Below are positions 27,366 to 38,919 of a stretch of 64,000 bases of DNA, one piece after another (within the stretch, counting starts at the first letter, position 1; every line of letters begins with the position of its first letter). The position numbers and the translations under genes are program-made. The stretch lies in assembly GCA_001029675.1 (NCBI GenBank), contig CP011210.1, positions 320,193 to 384,192 on the forward strand, in the 5' to 3' direction. The notes beneath the pieces were generated by a model. That model worked only from the letters and a program-made list of their open reading frames with translations, was not told the origin of the DNA and did not search any database. This stretch comes from Candidatus Beckwithbacteria bacterium GW2011_GWC1_49_16. GTDB lineage: Bacteria > Patescibacteriota > Microgenomatia > UBA1400 > CG1-02-47-37.

Positions 27366-28138
27366 GCAAAAGACAAAAGCTGGTGGCGGCTTCGCTGCTT
27401 TTAACCTTGGGGATTTTGAGTATCCAGTCGGTAGAGATAGAGGCCAGGTATCAAGCCATCGGCTTACTGGCCGGAGTGGCTTACGGGCTGTCGGCTTGGG
27501 CGATGTTTGAGGATTTGCGCGGGGTGGAATGGTTGACGGTTTTAATCTTGCCGGTGATGTACCCGGTGGCGGTAGCGCTTTTCTACTTTTTGTTGCCGGA
27601 GAGGTTTTTGACCCGGACGATGATTTTAGGTTTTTTTGGCATCGGTATGTATGCGCTACTTTTGACCGAAAACATTTTTAACGTGGCGGCAATCAGAACG
27701 ATTCAACTGTTGCGGGCGGCTCACGCGGTGGGGTTTTTACTGACTTTGATGGTGGCTTTTTTTCTCTGGGACACGATTTTTTCTTTCCGGCTTTACGGTT
27801 GGTGGAATGCTATCTTGGTTTTAGTCAGCTCGTTTCCATTGATTTTACAGGCGTTGTGGAGCGTAAATCTTGAGGAAAAGTTGACTGCCGAGGTGGTTTA
27901 TTACTCGGCGGCCTTGAGCTGGGCGCTTTTTGGATTGAGCCTGCTAGTTAGTTTTTGGCCGGTAACGATAACGGCGGCAGCCTTGTTCGTGGTAACGGCT
28001 CTATACGTTGGCTTGGGGCTGGTTCAGAACTATTTGAGCGGGCGGTTGTTCAAGAGAACCATAAGGGAATATCTTTGGGTGGGCCTGGCGGTGTTTTTGA
28101 TAACGTTTTGGTTGGCATCCTGGGGGGAAAAATTTTAG
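27362..28138 (+). CDS. Conserved multi-pass membrane protein
   Basis: About 8-9 TM segments; LLTENIFNVAAIRTIQLLRAA; overlaps the yebC stop. Confidence 0.7.
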   Translation: MSKRQKLVAASLLLTLGILSIQSVEIEARYQAIGLLAGVAYGLSAWAMFEDLRGVEWLTVLILPVMYPVAVALFYFLLPERFLTRTMILGFFGIGMYALLLTENIFNVAAIRTIQLLRAAHAVGFLLTLMVAFFLWDTIFSFRLYGWWNAILVLVSSFPLILQALWSVNLEEKLTAEVVYYSAALSWALFGLSLLVSFWPVTITAAALFVVTALYVGLGLVQNYLSGRLFKRTIREYLWVGLAVFLITFWLASWGEKF

Positions 28139-28320
28139 AGACACCAAGGCGAAGTAGAGGAGAGGGGAGCCTATAGTAATAGCAATACTTTTCACATAAT
28201 TATAGGACTCTTTTCACGAAATTTGTCAGACTTTAACTTCGAGTAATGAAGTAAAATAGATTAATATACCAACCCTTTTTGCTGTAAGGGTTTGATACAG
28301 TTTATTCAGAGGAGAGTAGG

Positions 28321-28933
28321 TGTGGATAACTATTTTTTAAGTAACTAATTGATAGAGTGATTAGTTTAGAGAGGGAAAGGGACGCGGTGGACGGTTAAAT
28401 AAACCGGAAGTGTTTGGCTTCTCTCTTTTTTAAAGACCCCCAAATTAGTAGGTAAGGGCTTTCTTCGGGTTGGCATTACGTCGCACAATGTATCTTTTGC
28501 GACTATAGCCTTGGCGGCGGAGTGGAGGGGCGGAAGAAAAGCAAGATTTAAGCTTTGCCGGCGAAAAATTTTTTGGCAGCGGTTAAAGATGACAGGTTTA
28601 AGTTTAATTATTCCCCAACTAGCCCGCCTTGCCCTTTTTGGGCGGCGCGAACCTCTACCGAAAACATCAAACTCCCCTACACGTTATCATTGTAGGACAA
28701 CTACCTGCGGAAATAAGAAAAACTCGCGTTAGAGGCGATTTGGCGGCCTCGCCTTGAGTAAAAAAGGGTGGTTTAGGGTACAAAGTTCGGCCGACAATTT
28801 GAATGTCGCACAATATTGACTGGTTGGCGCTAGTTTGATAGAATAAACTACTTATCCACACGTTTCCCTATAGTTTGAAATTCTAAGGTATTAAAAAAGC
28901 TTGTTATATTAACCCTTTTACTACTTATCCACA
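28321..28933. promoter_or_regulatory. Three perfect DnaA boxes in the intergenic region upstream of xer
   Basis: TGTGGATAA 28321-28329, TTATCCACA 28852-28860 and 28925-28933. Confidence 0.7.
28478..28505 (+). other. dif-like Xer recombination site (11-6-11)
   Basis: ACGTCGCACAA-TGTATC-TTTTGCGACTA; left arm and spacer resemble E. coli dif GGTGCGCATAA-TGTATA; arms are near-palindromic; about 450 bp upstream of xer. Confidence 0.6.
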
Positions 28934-28951
28934 TCTTGGCACCTCAAGACT

Positions 28952-29920
28952 ATGGCTGCTAAAACAAAAAAACAAACAAAAAGCGAAAAAAGGCTGGTTC
29001 ATCAGCTGGTGGACTTTCTCAACTATCTGGCAGTGGAGCGGAATTGTTCTCCGTTGACCAGGCGAAACTACCGACATTATCTGACCAGATTTATCAAATT
29101 TATGGTTAAGCGCTACCCGTCTTTCAAAATCGAGCAGTTGACGCTTGGCCAGGTAGGAGACTATCGTTTGTTTTTGGCAAAACTGACAACAAAAGATGGT
29201 TTAACCTTGAGTCGGGTGACCCAAAGCTACCATATTATCGGCTTAAGATCTTTTTTAAAGTATTTGATCAAAAGAGACGTTGTCACCTTGGCGCCGGAGA
29301 AGATCGAGCTGCCCAAAACAGAGAGTCATAGCTTGAAGTTTTTGGACGAGGAGCAGGTTGAGCGACTTCTGGCCTCCCCGAGCGTGTCAACTTTGTCCGG
29401 CTTGCGGGACAAAGCGATTTTAGAGACTTTGTTTTCGACCGGTTTGCGCGTGAGCGAGATGGTCAGGTTAAATCGGGAGGAGATAAATCTTAAGCGGCGC
29501 GAATTTGGGGTGGTGGGCAAGGGGGGGAGGCCCAGGGTGGTGTTTTTATCTAACCAGGCGGCTGATTGGTTGAAGAAATACCTGAATAAACGGGAAGACG
29601 ACTGGGAGCCGTTGTTTGTCAGGTTATCTGGCAAGGCCGACGAAACCAGCCAGGGCAACAAAATGAGGCTGACGGTCCGGTCGGTGCAAAGGATCGTCAA
29701 AAAATACGCCAACCGGGCAAGGCTACCGGTTAAAATTACGCCGCATGGTCTGCGCCATAGCTACGCCACCGACTTACTCCGGGGAGGGGCTGACATCAGG
29801 GCGGTCCAGGAGATGCTGGGACACAAAAATATTGCCACCACCCAAATTTACACTCACGTTACCGACAGGCAACTGAAACAGATCTATCAGCGGGCTCACT
29901 CGGGAAATAAAGGGGAATAA
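28952..29920 (+). CDS. XerC/XerD-family tyrosine recombinase
   Basis: SAM-like N-domain, RDKAILETLFSTGLRVSE, GKGG, HGLRHSYAT, LGH..I.TTQIY. Confidence 0.95.
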   Translation: MAAKTKKQTKSEKRLVHQLVDFLNYLAVERNCSPLTRRNYRHYLTRFIKFMVKRYPSFKIEQLTLGQVGDYRLFLAKLTTKDGLTLSRVTQSYHIIGLRSFLKYLIKRDVVTLAPEKIELPKTESHSLKFLDEEQVERLLASPSVSTLSGLRDKAILETLFSTGLRVSEMVRLNREEINLKRREFGVVGKGGRPRVVFLSNQAADWLKKYLNKREDDWEPLFVRLSGKADETSQGNKMRLTVRSVQRIVKKYANRARLPVKITPHGLRHSYATDLLRGGADIRAVQEMLGHKNIATTQIYTHVTDRQLKQIYQRAHSGNKGE

Positions 29921-29925
29921 ATAGG

Positions 29926-32505
29926 TTAAGCTTCGTCTTTGTCGACCAGAGCCACGGCGGCTACTTGGTCGGCCGCTTTGGCAAAACGCATCAGGATGAC
30001 GCCTTGAGTGGTGCGGCCCAGGCGTTTGATGTTTTTTAGAGGCAACCTGATCACCTGGGCTTTTTTGCTGGTTAAGATGGCGGCTTCGATTTTTTCGGTG
30101 ACCAAATGGGCGGAGACGATTTTGCCGGTTTTTTCGGTGAGGCGCGCCACCCTGACGCCTTTGCCGCCTCTTTTTTGAACGGGGAAACTGGCGATAGCGG
30201 TCCTTTTACCAATCCCCTTCTGGGTGACGACGAGCAAGTCGTGAAAGAATTTGCGTTTGCCTTTTTCTTTTTGGCGGCCAGTAGGATAGACGGCCATGCC
30301 CACGACAAAATCTTTAAGAGTGAGTCTGATGCCGCGGACCCCCTTGGCGGCCCGGCCCATGGGCCGGGCGTCGGTTTCTTTAAAGCGGATCGATTGACCC
30401 AGGTGAGAGATAAGAACGATGTCGTCTGAGCCTGAAGTTTGTTTGACCCAGACTAATTCGTCGCCGCGAGTGAGGTTTAAAGCGATGATGCCAGAAGAAC
30501 GGATGTTGGCGTAATCCAGCGTGGGGGTTTTTTTGATGGTTCCGCCTCTAGTGACCATAAGCAAAAAGCCTTGACTGGTTTTATTTTTGTCCAGGTTTAA
30601 TATCGACTGGATGGTTTCGTCGCTGTCGATACTGATCAGGTTGATGATGGCCTGGCCCTTAGCTTGGCGGGAGCCTTGGGGTAGTTCGAAGACTTTGAGT
30701 TTGAACACCCTGCCTTTATTGGTAAAGATGAGTAAGGTGTCGTGGGTGTTGGCCGAGAAAATGCGGCTGATTTCGTCCTGCTCTTTGGTGGTCATGCCGG
30801 AAACACCCTTGCCGCCGCGGCGCTGGGAACGATAGGTAGCCACCGGGATTCTTTTGATGTAGCCTGATTTGGTCATGGTGACCAGGCATTCTTCTTCGGG
30901 TTCGAGGTCTTCTTCGGAAAAGCTAATAAGCGAGGACTTGATTATTTTGGTGCGCCTATCGTCACCGTAGGTTTTGTCTAAGTGATCGATTTCAGCCTCG
31001 ATGGCGGAAAACACTTTTTGGGGGCTTAGAAGCAGGGCAACAAGCTGGTCGATAGCAATTTTCACTTCTTGGTATTCGTCTTCAATTTTTTTTCTTTCCA
31101 AGGCGGCCAAACGTCTCAACTGCATGTCTAAGATGGCCTGGGCTTGGATGTCAGAAAGCTTAAAATTTTTCATCAAGTTTAACTTGGCGGTGTCGGCGTC
31201 GCGGGACTTTTTGATGGTGCTAATCACCGCGTCTAAGTGGTCCAGGGCGATTTTCAGGCCCTCGAGGATGTGGGCCCTTAATTTGGCGGCCTTGAGATTG
31301 AATTGGCTGCGGCGGATTAAAACCAGCTGGCGGTGTTTTAAATACTCCAAAAGAATTTGTTTGAGGTTTAGAAGCTGTGGGGTGTCGTCTACCAAAGCGA
31401 CCATGTTGGCGGGAAAGTTGGTTTGCAGTTCGGTATGTTTGAAAAGGTTGTTTAAAACCGCTTTGGGTTTGGCGTCTCTTTTTAATTCGATCGCTATTTG
31501 GAGGCCGGTTCTGTCTGACTCGTCGCGGATGTCTCTGATGCCGTTCAATTTCTTGTTTTTGACCAGGTCGGCAATTTTGGCGATGAGTCTAGCTTTGTTG
31601 ACTTGGTAAGGAAGCTGAGTGACTAAGATTTTGTAGGCACCGCCTTTTGATTCGACGATGTTGGTTTTGGCCCGAGTGGTGATGCTGCCCTTACCGGTGG
31701 TGTAGAGTTCTTTCAAGTTTTCGGCGTTGTAGATGATGCCGCCGGTAGGAAAATCCGGTCCGGGAAGAACCTGCATCAATTCTTCTATTTCGGCTTGGCT
31801 GGTGAGACTGCCGGCCAAAACTTGGGGTTTGATTTCTTCTGGGGCGATATTTTGGGGAAATTTTTTGCCTTTAATCTCCGGGGCTTTGGGGTCGGGGGTG
31901 ACTTTAGTCTTTTTGATGAGAATTTTTATGGCGGTGATAACTTCTGATAAGTTGTGGGGAGGAATTTTGGTAGCCATACCGACGGCGATGCCATCGGCAC
32001 CCATCAGGAGTAAGTTGGGAAGGTTAGCCGGTAAGACCGTCGGCTCTTTTTGGGAGCCGTCGAAGTTGTCGATAAACTTGACTGTATCTTTGTCGATATC
32101 TTCTAACAGTTCCTGGGAAATTTTAGCCAGTCGGGCTTCGGTGTAGCGCATGGCGGCGGGAGAATCGCCGTCGACTGAACCGAAGTTGCCGTGGCCGTCG
32201 ATTAAAGGATAGCGCAGGGAAAAATCTTGGGCCATGCGCACCAGGGCGTCGTAGACAGCCATGTCGCCGTGGGGGTGGAATTTGCCTAAAACTTCGCCGA
32301 CGACCCGGGCCGATTTTTTATGGGGAGATTTATGGTTGATGCCTTGCTGGTCCATGGCGTAGAGGATGCGCCGGTGGACGGGTTTTAAGCCGTCGCGAAC
32401 GTCGGGCAAGGCCCGAGCGACGATAACAGACATAGCGTAATCCAGGTAAGACCTTTGCATTTCGTCCACGATTTTTACTGGTTTGATTTGACCGATTGAA
32501 TCCAT
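29926..32505 (-). CDS. gyrA: DNA gyrase subunit A
   Basis: [21 protein letters not shown], GyrA-box QRRGGKG, beta-pinwheel CTD. Confidence 0.97.
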   Translation of the reverse strand: MDSIGQIKPVKIVDEMQRSYLDYAMSVIVARALPDVRDGLKPVHRRILYAMDQQGINHKSPHKKSARVVGEVLGKFHPHGDMAVYDALVRMAQDFSLRYPLIDGHGNFGSVDGDSPAAMRYTEARLAKISQELLEDIDKDTVKFIDNFDGSQKEPTVLPANLPNLLLMGADGIAVGMATKIPPHNLSEVITAIKILIKKTKVTPDPKAPEIKGKKFPQNIAPEEIKPQVLAGSLTSQAEIEELMQVLPGPDFPTGGIIYNAENLKELYTTGKGSITTRAKTNIVESKGGAYKILVTQLPYQVNKARLIAKIADLVKNKKLNGIRDIRDESDRTGLQIAIELKRDAKPKAVLNNLFKHTELQTNFPANMVALVDDTPQLLNLKQILLEYLKHRQLVLIRRSQFNLKAAKLRAHILEGLKIALDHLDAVISTIKKSRDADTAKLNLMKNFKLSDIQAQAILDMQLRRLAALERKKIEDEYQEVKIAIDQLVALLLSPQKVFSAIEAEIDHLDKTYGDDRRTKIIKSSLISFSEEDLEPEEECLVTMTKSGYIKRIPVATYRSQRRGGKGVSGMTTKEQDEISRIFSANTHDTLLIFTNKGRVFKLKVFELPQGSRQAKGQAIINLISIDSDETIQSILNLDKNKTSQGFLLMVTRGGTIKKTPTLDYANIRSSGIIALNLTRGDELVWVKQTSGSDDIVLISHLGQSIRFKETDARPMGRAAKGVRGIRLTLKDFVVGMAVYPTGRQKEKGKRKFFHDLLVVTQKGIGKRTAIASFPVQKRGGKGVRVARLTEKTGKIVSAHLVTEKIEAAILTSKKAQVIRLPLKNIKRLGRTTQGVILMRFAKAADQVAAVALVDKDEA

Positions 32506-32509
32506 ATCT

Positions 32510-34477
32510 TTAGGCTAGAAAGCCTGCCAAGAGTAAGGCAACCACGTTTAAGATCTTGATCATCGGATTAATGGCCGGCCCGGCGGTGTCTTTGTAGGGA
32601 TCACCGACGGTGTCGCCGGTGACGGCGGCCTGGTGGGCGGGGCTGCCTTTGCCGCCAAAGCGGCCTGCCTCGATGTATTTTTTGGCGTTGTCCCAGGCGG
32701 CGCCCCCGGTAGTCATGGATAGCCCGACGAAGATGCCGGTTAAAATGGAACCGATTAACATTCCCCCCAGAGCCGTTGGTCCCAGAGTAAAGCCGACGAC
32801 GATGGGGGCGACCACGGGAATTAAGGCAGGAACAACCATTTGCTTTAAGGCGGCGCGGGTGACGATGTCGACTGCCCGGCCGTATTCCGGCTGGGCGCGT
32901 CTTTCCATGATGCCTTTGATTTCTTTGAATTGGCGCCTGACCTCTTTGACTACGGCTTGGGCGGCGGTGCCGACCGCTTCCATGGACAAGGCGGCAAAAA
33001 GATAGCTCAAACTGCCGCCGATAAACAAGCCGGAGATAATATAAGGATTGTCCAGGCTAAAGTTGATGGCGTGACCAGCGGAACCCAATTCCTGGGTATA
33101 GGCGGCAAATAAAACCAGGGCAGCCAATCCGGCCGAACCGATGGCGTAGCCTTTGGTGACGGCCTTGGTGGTGTTACCGACGGCGTCCAAGCGATCGGTC
33201 ACCAGGCGGATTTTTTGTGGCTGGTGGGTCATCTCGACAATGCCGCCGGCGTTGTCGGTAATGGGACCGAAAGAGTCGATGGCGACGATAATGCCGGTTA
33301 AGCTCAGCATGCTGGTGGCGGCAATAGCCACGCCGAAAATCCCGGCGAGTAAATAGGCGGCCAGCGAAGCCAGAGCGATGACCAGAACCGGCAGAAAGGT
33401 GGCCTTGAGGGAAACGCTGAGCCCGGCGATGATGTTGGTGCCGTGGCCGGTGGTGGAAGCTGTCGCGATGGAGCGGACCGGGGAGAAGTTTCTTGAAGTA
33501 TAGTACTCGGTGATGATGACAAACAGGCCAGTGGTGACTAGGCCGACGACGGCAGTAAGATAAAGATTCAAAGAAGCCAAACCGACAGTCACCGGGTAAA
33601 ACAGGATCAGAGCTAAAACGCCGCTTGAAACCAGACCTTGGTAAAGAGCGGTCATGATGTTTTTGTTTTTAGGCAGGAAAACAAAGCGGCTGCCGATAAT
33701 GGAGCTTAAAATGGCGATGGCGCCTAACGCCAGTGGATAAGTGATAAAGCTTTCTTGGTTGAAGACGATTTTTGCCAGTAACATGGCGGCGATCAGGGTA
33801 ACGGCGTAGGTTTCAAAAAGGTCGGCGGCCATGCCGGCGCAGTCGCCGACGTTGTCCCCTACCAGATCGGCGATGACGCCGGGGTTTCTGAGATCGTCTT
33901 CGGGAATGCCTTTTTCGATTTTGCCGACCAGGTCGGCACCGACGTCGGCCCCCTTAGTATAGATGCCGCCGCCTAATCGAGCAAAAACAGAGATTAAAGA
34001 GCCACCGAAGCCGAGGCCGATTAAGGCATTAAGGTCTTGGGTAATAAAATAGAATAAGCTGACGACCAGTAAACCGAGACCGACTACCAGCATGCCGGTA
34101 ACGCTGCCGCCTTTGAAAGCGGTATCAAGCGCAGGTTTTAAACCTTTTTTGGCGGCTTGAGCAGTTCTGACGTTGGCGTGCACGGCGATGCTCATGCCTA
34201 AAAATCCCGCCAAAGCCGAGGCGGCGGCCCCGAGAAGGAAGCCGACGGCGGTGTTTAAACCAAGAAAATACCACAAGGCGGAAGCCAGGGGAAGGCTTAA
34301 AAAGGCGACGTTTTTGGTTTGACGGGCAAGATAGGCGTTTGAACCCTCGGCAATGGCTTGGGCGATGGCGGTCATCTTGGGAGTGCCTTGGGGTAAAGAA
34401 AGAACCCAACGGATTAAGTAGAGGCTGTAGAAGATAGCGGCCAGGGAGGACAGAATAATAAACCAAAGGCTGTTCAT
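32510..34477 (-). CDS. hppA: Membrane-bound ion-translocating pyrophosphatase, K+-independent H+-PPase signature
   Basis: [45 protein letters not shown]. Confidence 0.95.
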   Translation of the reverse strand: MNSLWFIILSSLAAIFYSLYLIRWVLSLPQGTPKMTAIAQAIAEGSNAYLARQTKNVAFLSLPLASALWYFLGLNTAVGFLLGAAASALAGFLGMSIAVHANVRTAQAAKKGLKPALDTAFKGGSVTGMLVVGLGLLVVSLFYFITQDLNALIGLGFGGSLISVFARLGGGIYTKGADVGADLVGKIEKGIPEDDLRNPGVIADLVGDNVGDCAGMAADLFETYAVTLIAAMLLAKIVFNQESFITYPLALGAIAILSSIIGSRFVFLPKNKNIMTALYQGLVSSGVLALILFYPVTVGLASLNLYLTAVVGLVTTGLFVIITEYYTSRNFSPVRSIATASTTGHGTNIIAGLSVSLKATFLPVLVIALASLAAYLLAGIFGVAIAATSMLSLTGIIVAIDSFGPITDNAGGIVEMTHQPQKIRLVTDRLDAVGNTTKAVTKGYAIGSAGLAALVLFAAYTQELGSAGHAINFSLDNPYIISGLFIGGSLSYLFAALSMEAVGTAAQAVVKEVRRQFKEIKGIMERRAQPEYGRAVDIVTRAALKQMVVPALIPVVAPIVVGFTLGPTALGGMLIGSILTGIFVGLSMTTGGAAWDNAKKYIEAGRFGGKGSPAHQAAVTGDTVGDPYKDTAGPAINPMIKILNVVALLLAGFLA

Positions 34478-36444
34478 ATATCGAGAGTTGCCATTTTGGC
34501 GTGGGTTTGGATAAAGCGTTTTCGGGGGGGAACTTCTTTGCCCATGAGCATGTTGAAGACCTCGTCGGCTTTTTGAGCGTCATCGACAGTCACTTGTTTT
34601 AAAATGCGATTTTTAGGATTCATGGTAGTTTCCCAGAGTTGATCGGGGTTCATTTCCCCCAAGCCCTTGTAGCGTTGGATGGAATATGATTTTGTTTTAA
34701 ACGATCGCAGGTGTTGATTTTTTTCTTGTTCGGTGTAGGCGTAGTTGTGGTCATTGCCGTGGGTGATTTTAAAAAGCGGCGGCAGGGCGATGTAGAGGTG
34801 GCCGCGGTCGATGATCGGTTTTAGGTGGCGATAAAAGAAAGTCAGAAGCAGAGTGGCGATGTGTTCGCCGTCGACGTCGGCGTCGCACATGATCACCACC
34901 CGGTTGTATCTTAGCTTTTCCGGGTTTAAGGTGTCACCGATGCCGATGCCTAAAGCGATAATTAGGTCTTTGAGTTCGGCAAACTCGATGATTTTGTCCA
35001 AGCGAGCCCTTTCGGTGTTTAAAATTTTCCCGCCTAAAGGCAAAATGGCTTGGAATTTACGGTCCCTGCCTTGCTTGGCGCTGCCGCCGGCCGAGTCGCC
35101 CTCGACGATAAAAAGCTCCGCCTTTTCCGGGTCTGACTCTTGGCAGTCGGCCAGTTTTCCCGGCAGGGTGGAACCTTCAAGCGCCCCTTTTCTGATGACG
35201 GCGTCTTTGGCGGCGCGGGCTGCCAGCCTGGCTTTGGCGGCCAACAGTACCTTTTCTAAGATTTTTCTTGATTCGGCCGGGTGTTCTTCGAAGTAGTTGG
35301 TCAAGCCGTTTTTGGCGGCAGTAAAGACGGCTGATTGGGCTTCGGGGTTGTTTAGCTTGGTTTTGGTCTGTGATTCGAATTGGATGTCGTTACTTGGCAT
35401 TTTGATAAAAATGACGGCGGTCAAACCTTCTTTGAGGTCATCGGAGGTAATTTTGTGGTTTTTGGCTTTTAAGTCTTTGAAATAGCCGTTTTTCTTGCCG
35501 TAACGTTTGACTACCCGGTTTAAGGCCATGCGAAAGCCGGTCAGGTGGGTACCGCCGTCGTGGGTGTTGATGACATTGGCAAAAGTAGACACGTTTTCGG
35601 CAAAGGAGTCGGTGTACTGGAGAGCCACTTCGACGCCAATGGGAAACTCAAACTCGTCGATTTGGCCGTCAAAGTAGATGATGGGGTGAAGGGGTTTTTT
35701 ATTTTTATTTAAGTGTTTGACGAGGGATTTGATGCCGCCGTCAAAGTAAAAGTGGGCTTCTTCGTCGGCCCTTTCGTCGTAAAGGTGAAAGGTTAGACCG
35801 CCGATTAAAAATGCCCTCTCGCGGCAGAGATTTTTGATGGTGTCAAAATTCCACTCGGTGGTTTTTTTGAAGATTTGGCTGTCGGGGATAAAGGAAGAGA
35901 TGGTGAAACTGGTGCTTTTGGGGACGGGAAAGTGGTTGGCGGGCAGGAGCTTTTTGAATTCGGTCTCTTTGAGGGGTTTAACTGTGGTGGTGGCTTGGCC
36001 GCGGACGTAGTCCTGATAGACGGTTTTGCCGTCTCTTCTGACGATGACCCGCATGAAGCTTGAGAGGGCGTTGACGGCCGAAGAGCCGACTCCGTGGAGG
36101 CCGGCTGAAGCCTGGTAGGCGGAGGAACCAAATTTGCCTCCGGCGTGGAGCTTGGTCATTGACACTTCGAGAGCCGACAGGCCTGATTTGTGTTTGTCTA
36201 TCGGGATACCGCGGCCGTCGTCGGCGACCGTTGCCCTGCCGTCGCGGGTCACGCTGATCCAGATGTTTTTAGCAAAACCGGGGATGGCTTCGTCGACGGA
36301 GTTGTCGATGATCTCGGTAACCAGGTGGTGGAGGCCTTTTTCATCGGTGGAGCCGATGTACATGCCGGGACGTTTTCTTACCGGCTCAAGTCCTTCGAGA
36401 ACGGTGATGTCTTTGGCGGTGTATTTAGATGTATTTTTGACCAT
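34474..36444 (-). CDS. gyrB: DNA gyrase subunit B
   Basis: [47 protein letters not shown]. Confidence 0.97.
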   Translation of the reverse strand: MVKNTSKYTAKDITVLEGLEPVRKRPGMYIGSTDEKGLHHLVTEIIDNSVDEAIPGFAKNIWISVTRDGRATVADDGRGIPIDKHKSGLSALEVSMTKLHAGGKFGSSAYQASAGLHGVGSSAVNALSSFMRVIVRRDGKTVYQDYVRGQATTTVKPLKETEFKKLLPANHFPVPKSTSFTISSFIPDSQIFKKTTEWNFDTIKNLCRERAFLIGGLTFHLYDERADEEAHFYFDGGIKSLVKHLNKNKKPLHPIIYFDGQIDEFEFPIGVEVALQYTDSFAENVSTFANVINTHDGGTHLTGFRMALNRVVKRYGKKNGYFKDLKAKNHKITSDDLKEGLTAVIFIKMPSNDIQFESQTKTKLNNPEAQSAVFTAAKNGLTNYFEEHPAESRKILEKVLLAAKARLAARAAKDAVIRKGALEGSTLPGKLADCQESDPEKAELFIVEGDSAGGSAKQGRDRKFQAILPLGGKILNTERARLDKIIEFAELKDLIIALGIGIGDTLNPEKLRYNRVVIMCDADVDGEHIATLLLTFFYRHLKPIIDRGHLYIALPPLFKITHGNDHNYAYTEQEKNQHLRSFKTKSYSIQRYKGLGEMNPDQLWETTMNPKNRILKQVTVDDAQKADEVFNMLMGKEVPPRKRFIQTHAKMATLDI

Positions 36445-36476
36445 AGAAGGGTAAGGTTATACCTTAGCAGGGAGTC

Positions 36477-37166
36477 TTACCTGATGTCAATTTTAGCAGA
36501 AAAGTTGCTTTCAGGATAGTGTAAAAACAGGCTTTCTAAGGCTAGTTGGGGGTTGATGTTTTGGTCAATGGCGGCGCGGGTTTTGTCGATATTTTCCACC
36601 AGGCGAAAAAGTTTTACTGGGTCAAGACCGGTGTTGGCGGTTAAAAGTTGGCGCCAAAACACAAGTTGGTTGGTGAGGGTGGCCGAAGCCAAGTCTTTGC
36701 GATTGGAGTATTTTTGGGCTAGTTTTAGCCTTTGGGAGAGCGAAGCGCGGCAAACATCAAGAGCCAATTTTTTGGCGGTTTTTAAGTTTTCGGCGGAGGG
36801 TTTAAGGTTTGATCCTAAGTGGATCACTTGGCAGCGAGAGACGATGGTAGCAAGTAAACTTTGGGAGTTTGGGGCTGACAAAACGATGGTCGAGTGGGCC
36901 GGGGGTTCCTCGAGGGTTTTTAAGAGGGCGTTTTGGGCGGGCAGGGTGAGGCGGTCGGCGCTTAAAATAAAGACAGCTTTATTTTGGCCCAAGGCTTTAC
37001 GGGTTAAGAAACTGGTCAGCTGGCGGACTTTGGCGATGCCGATGACTGTTTCTGGTTCGATGATCATGATGTCCGGTCCGGAGACAAGAGGGAGTTTTAA
37101 AAGGTCTTTTATTCTTTTTTGCCTATCGGTAGGGGTGCCGCCGGTGACAAGAATCGAGTGGAGCAT
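36477..37166 (-). CDS. holB: DNA polymerase III delta' subunit-like protein (short)
   Basis: AQNALLKTLEEPP, LLATIVSRC; degenerate Walker A. Confidence 0.8.
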   Translation of the reverse strand: MLHSILVTGGTPTDRQKRIKDLLKLPLVSGPDIMIIEPETVIGIAKVRQLTSFLTRKALGQNKAVFILSADRLTLPAQNALLKTLEEPPAHSTIVLSAPNSQSLLATIVSRCQVIHLGSNLKPSAENLKTAKKLALDVCRASLSQRLKLAQKYSNRKDLASATLTNQLVFWRQLLTANTGLDPVKLFRLVENIDKTRAAIDQNINPQLALESLFLHYPESNFSAKIDIR

Positions 37167-37183
37167 GGTATACTGAATTTAAC

Positions 37184-38914
37184 ATGCCTGCCCAGGACAC
37201 TCAACTTCTAGACATACTTTTAAAGCTGAAGGCGATTGATGAAGCGGCGGCGGCTAAGGTTAAGAAAGAGGCTTTGAGCGCCAACTTGGCGGTTGAGGAG
37301 TTGCTTTTAAAGCATAACCTGGTGGATAAAGAGGCGTTGGCCCGCTCCAAAGCGGCGATGCTAAAAGTCCCTTACGTTGATGTAGCGGCTGCCAGCGCGT
37401 CGCCGGAGGCTTTGAACATTTTACCCGAAGCGGTGGCGACTAAGTATTTGGCCTTGCCGTTGTCGATAGACAAGGCGAACAACTTATTGAATTTGGCGAT
37501 GGCCAACCCGGCCGATCTTAACGCCTTGGAGTTTATCGAGAAAAAGACGGGCATGAAGGTAAAGCCACAACTGGCAGAAGCGGGCAGATTAAATCTTGAA
37601 ATTAAGGAACGCTATGCCCAAAGCTTATCAAGCGAGGTAACAGAAGCCCTAAAAGATAGCGGAGCCGCCAAGAAGAGTGACTTTAACAAAGTGACCGAAG
37701 AGGTCGGCGGAGTGATTCGGGAAGCGCCGATTGCCAAGATCGTGTCGACTATTTTAGAGTTTGCCATTAAGGCGAGAGCCTCGGACGTTCACATAGAACC
37801 TTTAGACAACAAAACCAGAGTCCGTTACCGGATCGACGGCATTTTGTACGAAAAGTTGGTGCTGCCCAAGAATGTCCACGATTCGGTGGTGAGTAGGATC
37901 AAGATTCTATGCCACATGAAGATCGACGAAAAAAGGCTGCCCCAGGACGGCCGGTTCAGTTTCCGGGCCGGCGAGGAAGAAGTTGATTTGCGGGTGTCGA
38001 GCCTGCCGTCGATCCATGGGGAGAAAATCGTCATGCGCCTGTTAAAAAAGGCCTTTAATGTGCCGGATTTGCCTGAGTTGGGTTTGCGGGGCAGGGCTTT
38101 GACTAACTTACAGCAATCAATCAGGGTGCCGCACGGAATTATTCTGGTGACCGGGCCGACGGGGTCGGGCAAGACGACGACGCTGTACTCGGTTTTGTCG
38201 AAGATCTCTACTCCGAAGGTAAACGTGATCACCCTGGAAGACCCGGTGGAGTATCAGATTGAAGGCATCAGCCAGGTTCAGGTCAACCCTCAAGCGGGGC
38301 TGACCTTTGCCTCGGGTTTGAGGAGCTTTTTGCGGCAAGACCCGGACATCATCATGGTGGGAGAAATTAGGGACAAGGAGACGGCGGAGTTGGCGGTACA
38401 AGCATCACTCACCGGCCACCTGGTGTTTTCGACGCTTCATACTAACTCTGCCTCCGGGGCTTTGCCGCGGCTGTTGGACATGGAAGCAGAGCCGTTTTTG
38501 CTGGCATCGACCATGACCTGTGTCGTGGGGCAAAGGGTGGTGAGAAAGATATGCCAACACTGCAAGACCAGCTACTCCCCTCCCCCGGAAATAATGGAGG
38601 ATATTAAAAAAGTGCTGGGGCCCTTGTATAATGGTTTTTTGACCAGCCAAAAAGCGACCGAACCCAAGCTTTATAAAGGGGAAAAGTGCGAGGAGTGTAA
38701 TGGAACAGGTTATTCCGGCAGGGTGGGTATTTTTGAGGTCTTGCCTATAAGCGAAAAAATCGGTAGGCTGATACTGGAACGATCGCCGGCAAGCCACGTC
38801 GAGGCAGCAGCGGTTGCTGAAGGAATGGTTTTAATGATGCAAGATGGTTATTTAAAAACCCTTGAGGGGACGACCACGCTCGAGGAAGTGTTGCGGGTGG
38901 CGGCGGAGGCTTGA
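37184..38914 (+). CDS. pilB: Type IV pilus assembly ATPase (GspE/PilB)
   Basis: ASDVHIEP, PQDGR, GPTGSGKTTTLY, LRQDPD, tetracysteine motif. Confidence 0.93.
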   Translation: MPAQDTQLLDILLKLKAIDEAAAAKVKKEALSANLAVEELLLKHNLVDKEALARSKAAMLKVPYVDVAAASASPEALNILPEAVATKYLALPLSIDKANNLLNLAMANPADLNALEFIEKKTGMKVKPQLAEAGRLNLEIKERYAQSLSSEVTEALKDSGAAKKSDFNKVTEEVGGVIREAPIAKIVSTILEFAIKARASDVHIEPLDNKTRVRYRIDGILYEKLVLPKNVHDSVVSRIKILCHMKIDEKRLPQDGRFSFRAGEEEVDLRVSSLPSIHGEKIVMRLLKKAFNVPDLPELGLRGRALTNLQQSIRVPHGIILVTGPTGSGKTTTLYSVLSKISTPKVNVITLEDPVEYQIEGISQVQVNPQAGLTFASGLRSFLRQDPDIIMVGEIRDKETAELAVQASLTGHLVFSTLHTNSASGALPRLLDMEAEPFLLASTMTCVVGQRVVRKICQHCKTSYSPPPEIMEDIKKVLGPLYNGFLTSQKATEPKLYKGEKCEECNGTGYSGRVGIFEVLPISEKIGRLILERSPASHVEAAAVAEGMVLMMQDGYLKTLEGTTTLEEVLRVAAEA

Positions 38915-38919
38915 AATTT

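Noticed and set aside
28511-28861. Short ORFs 28511-28732 (+) and 28667-28861 (-)
   Set aside because: No recognisable motifs or coupling; they overlap dyads and DnaA boxes of a likely regulatory region
28139-28951. Calling this region oriC or the replication terminus
   Set aside because: Only three perfect DnaA boxes, no dnaA/dnaN adjacent, and + strand G-richness appears unchanged on both sides; whole-genome skew is needed
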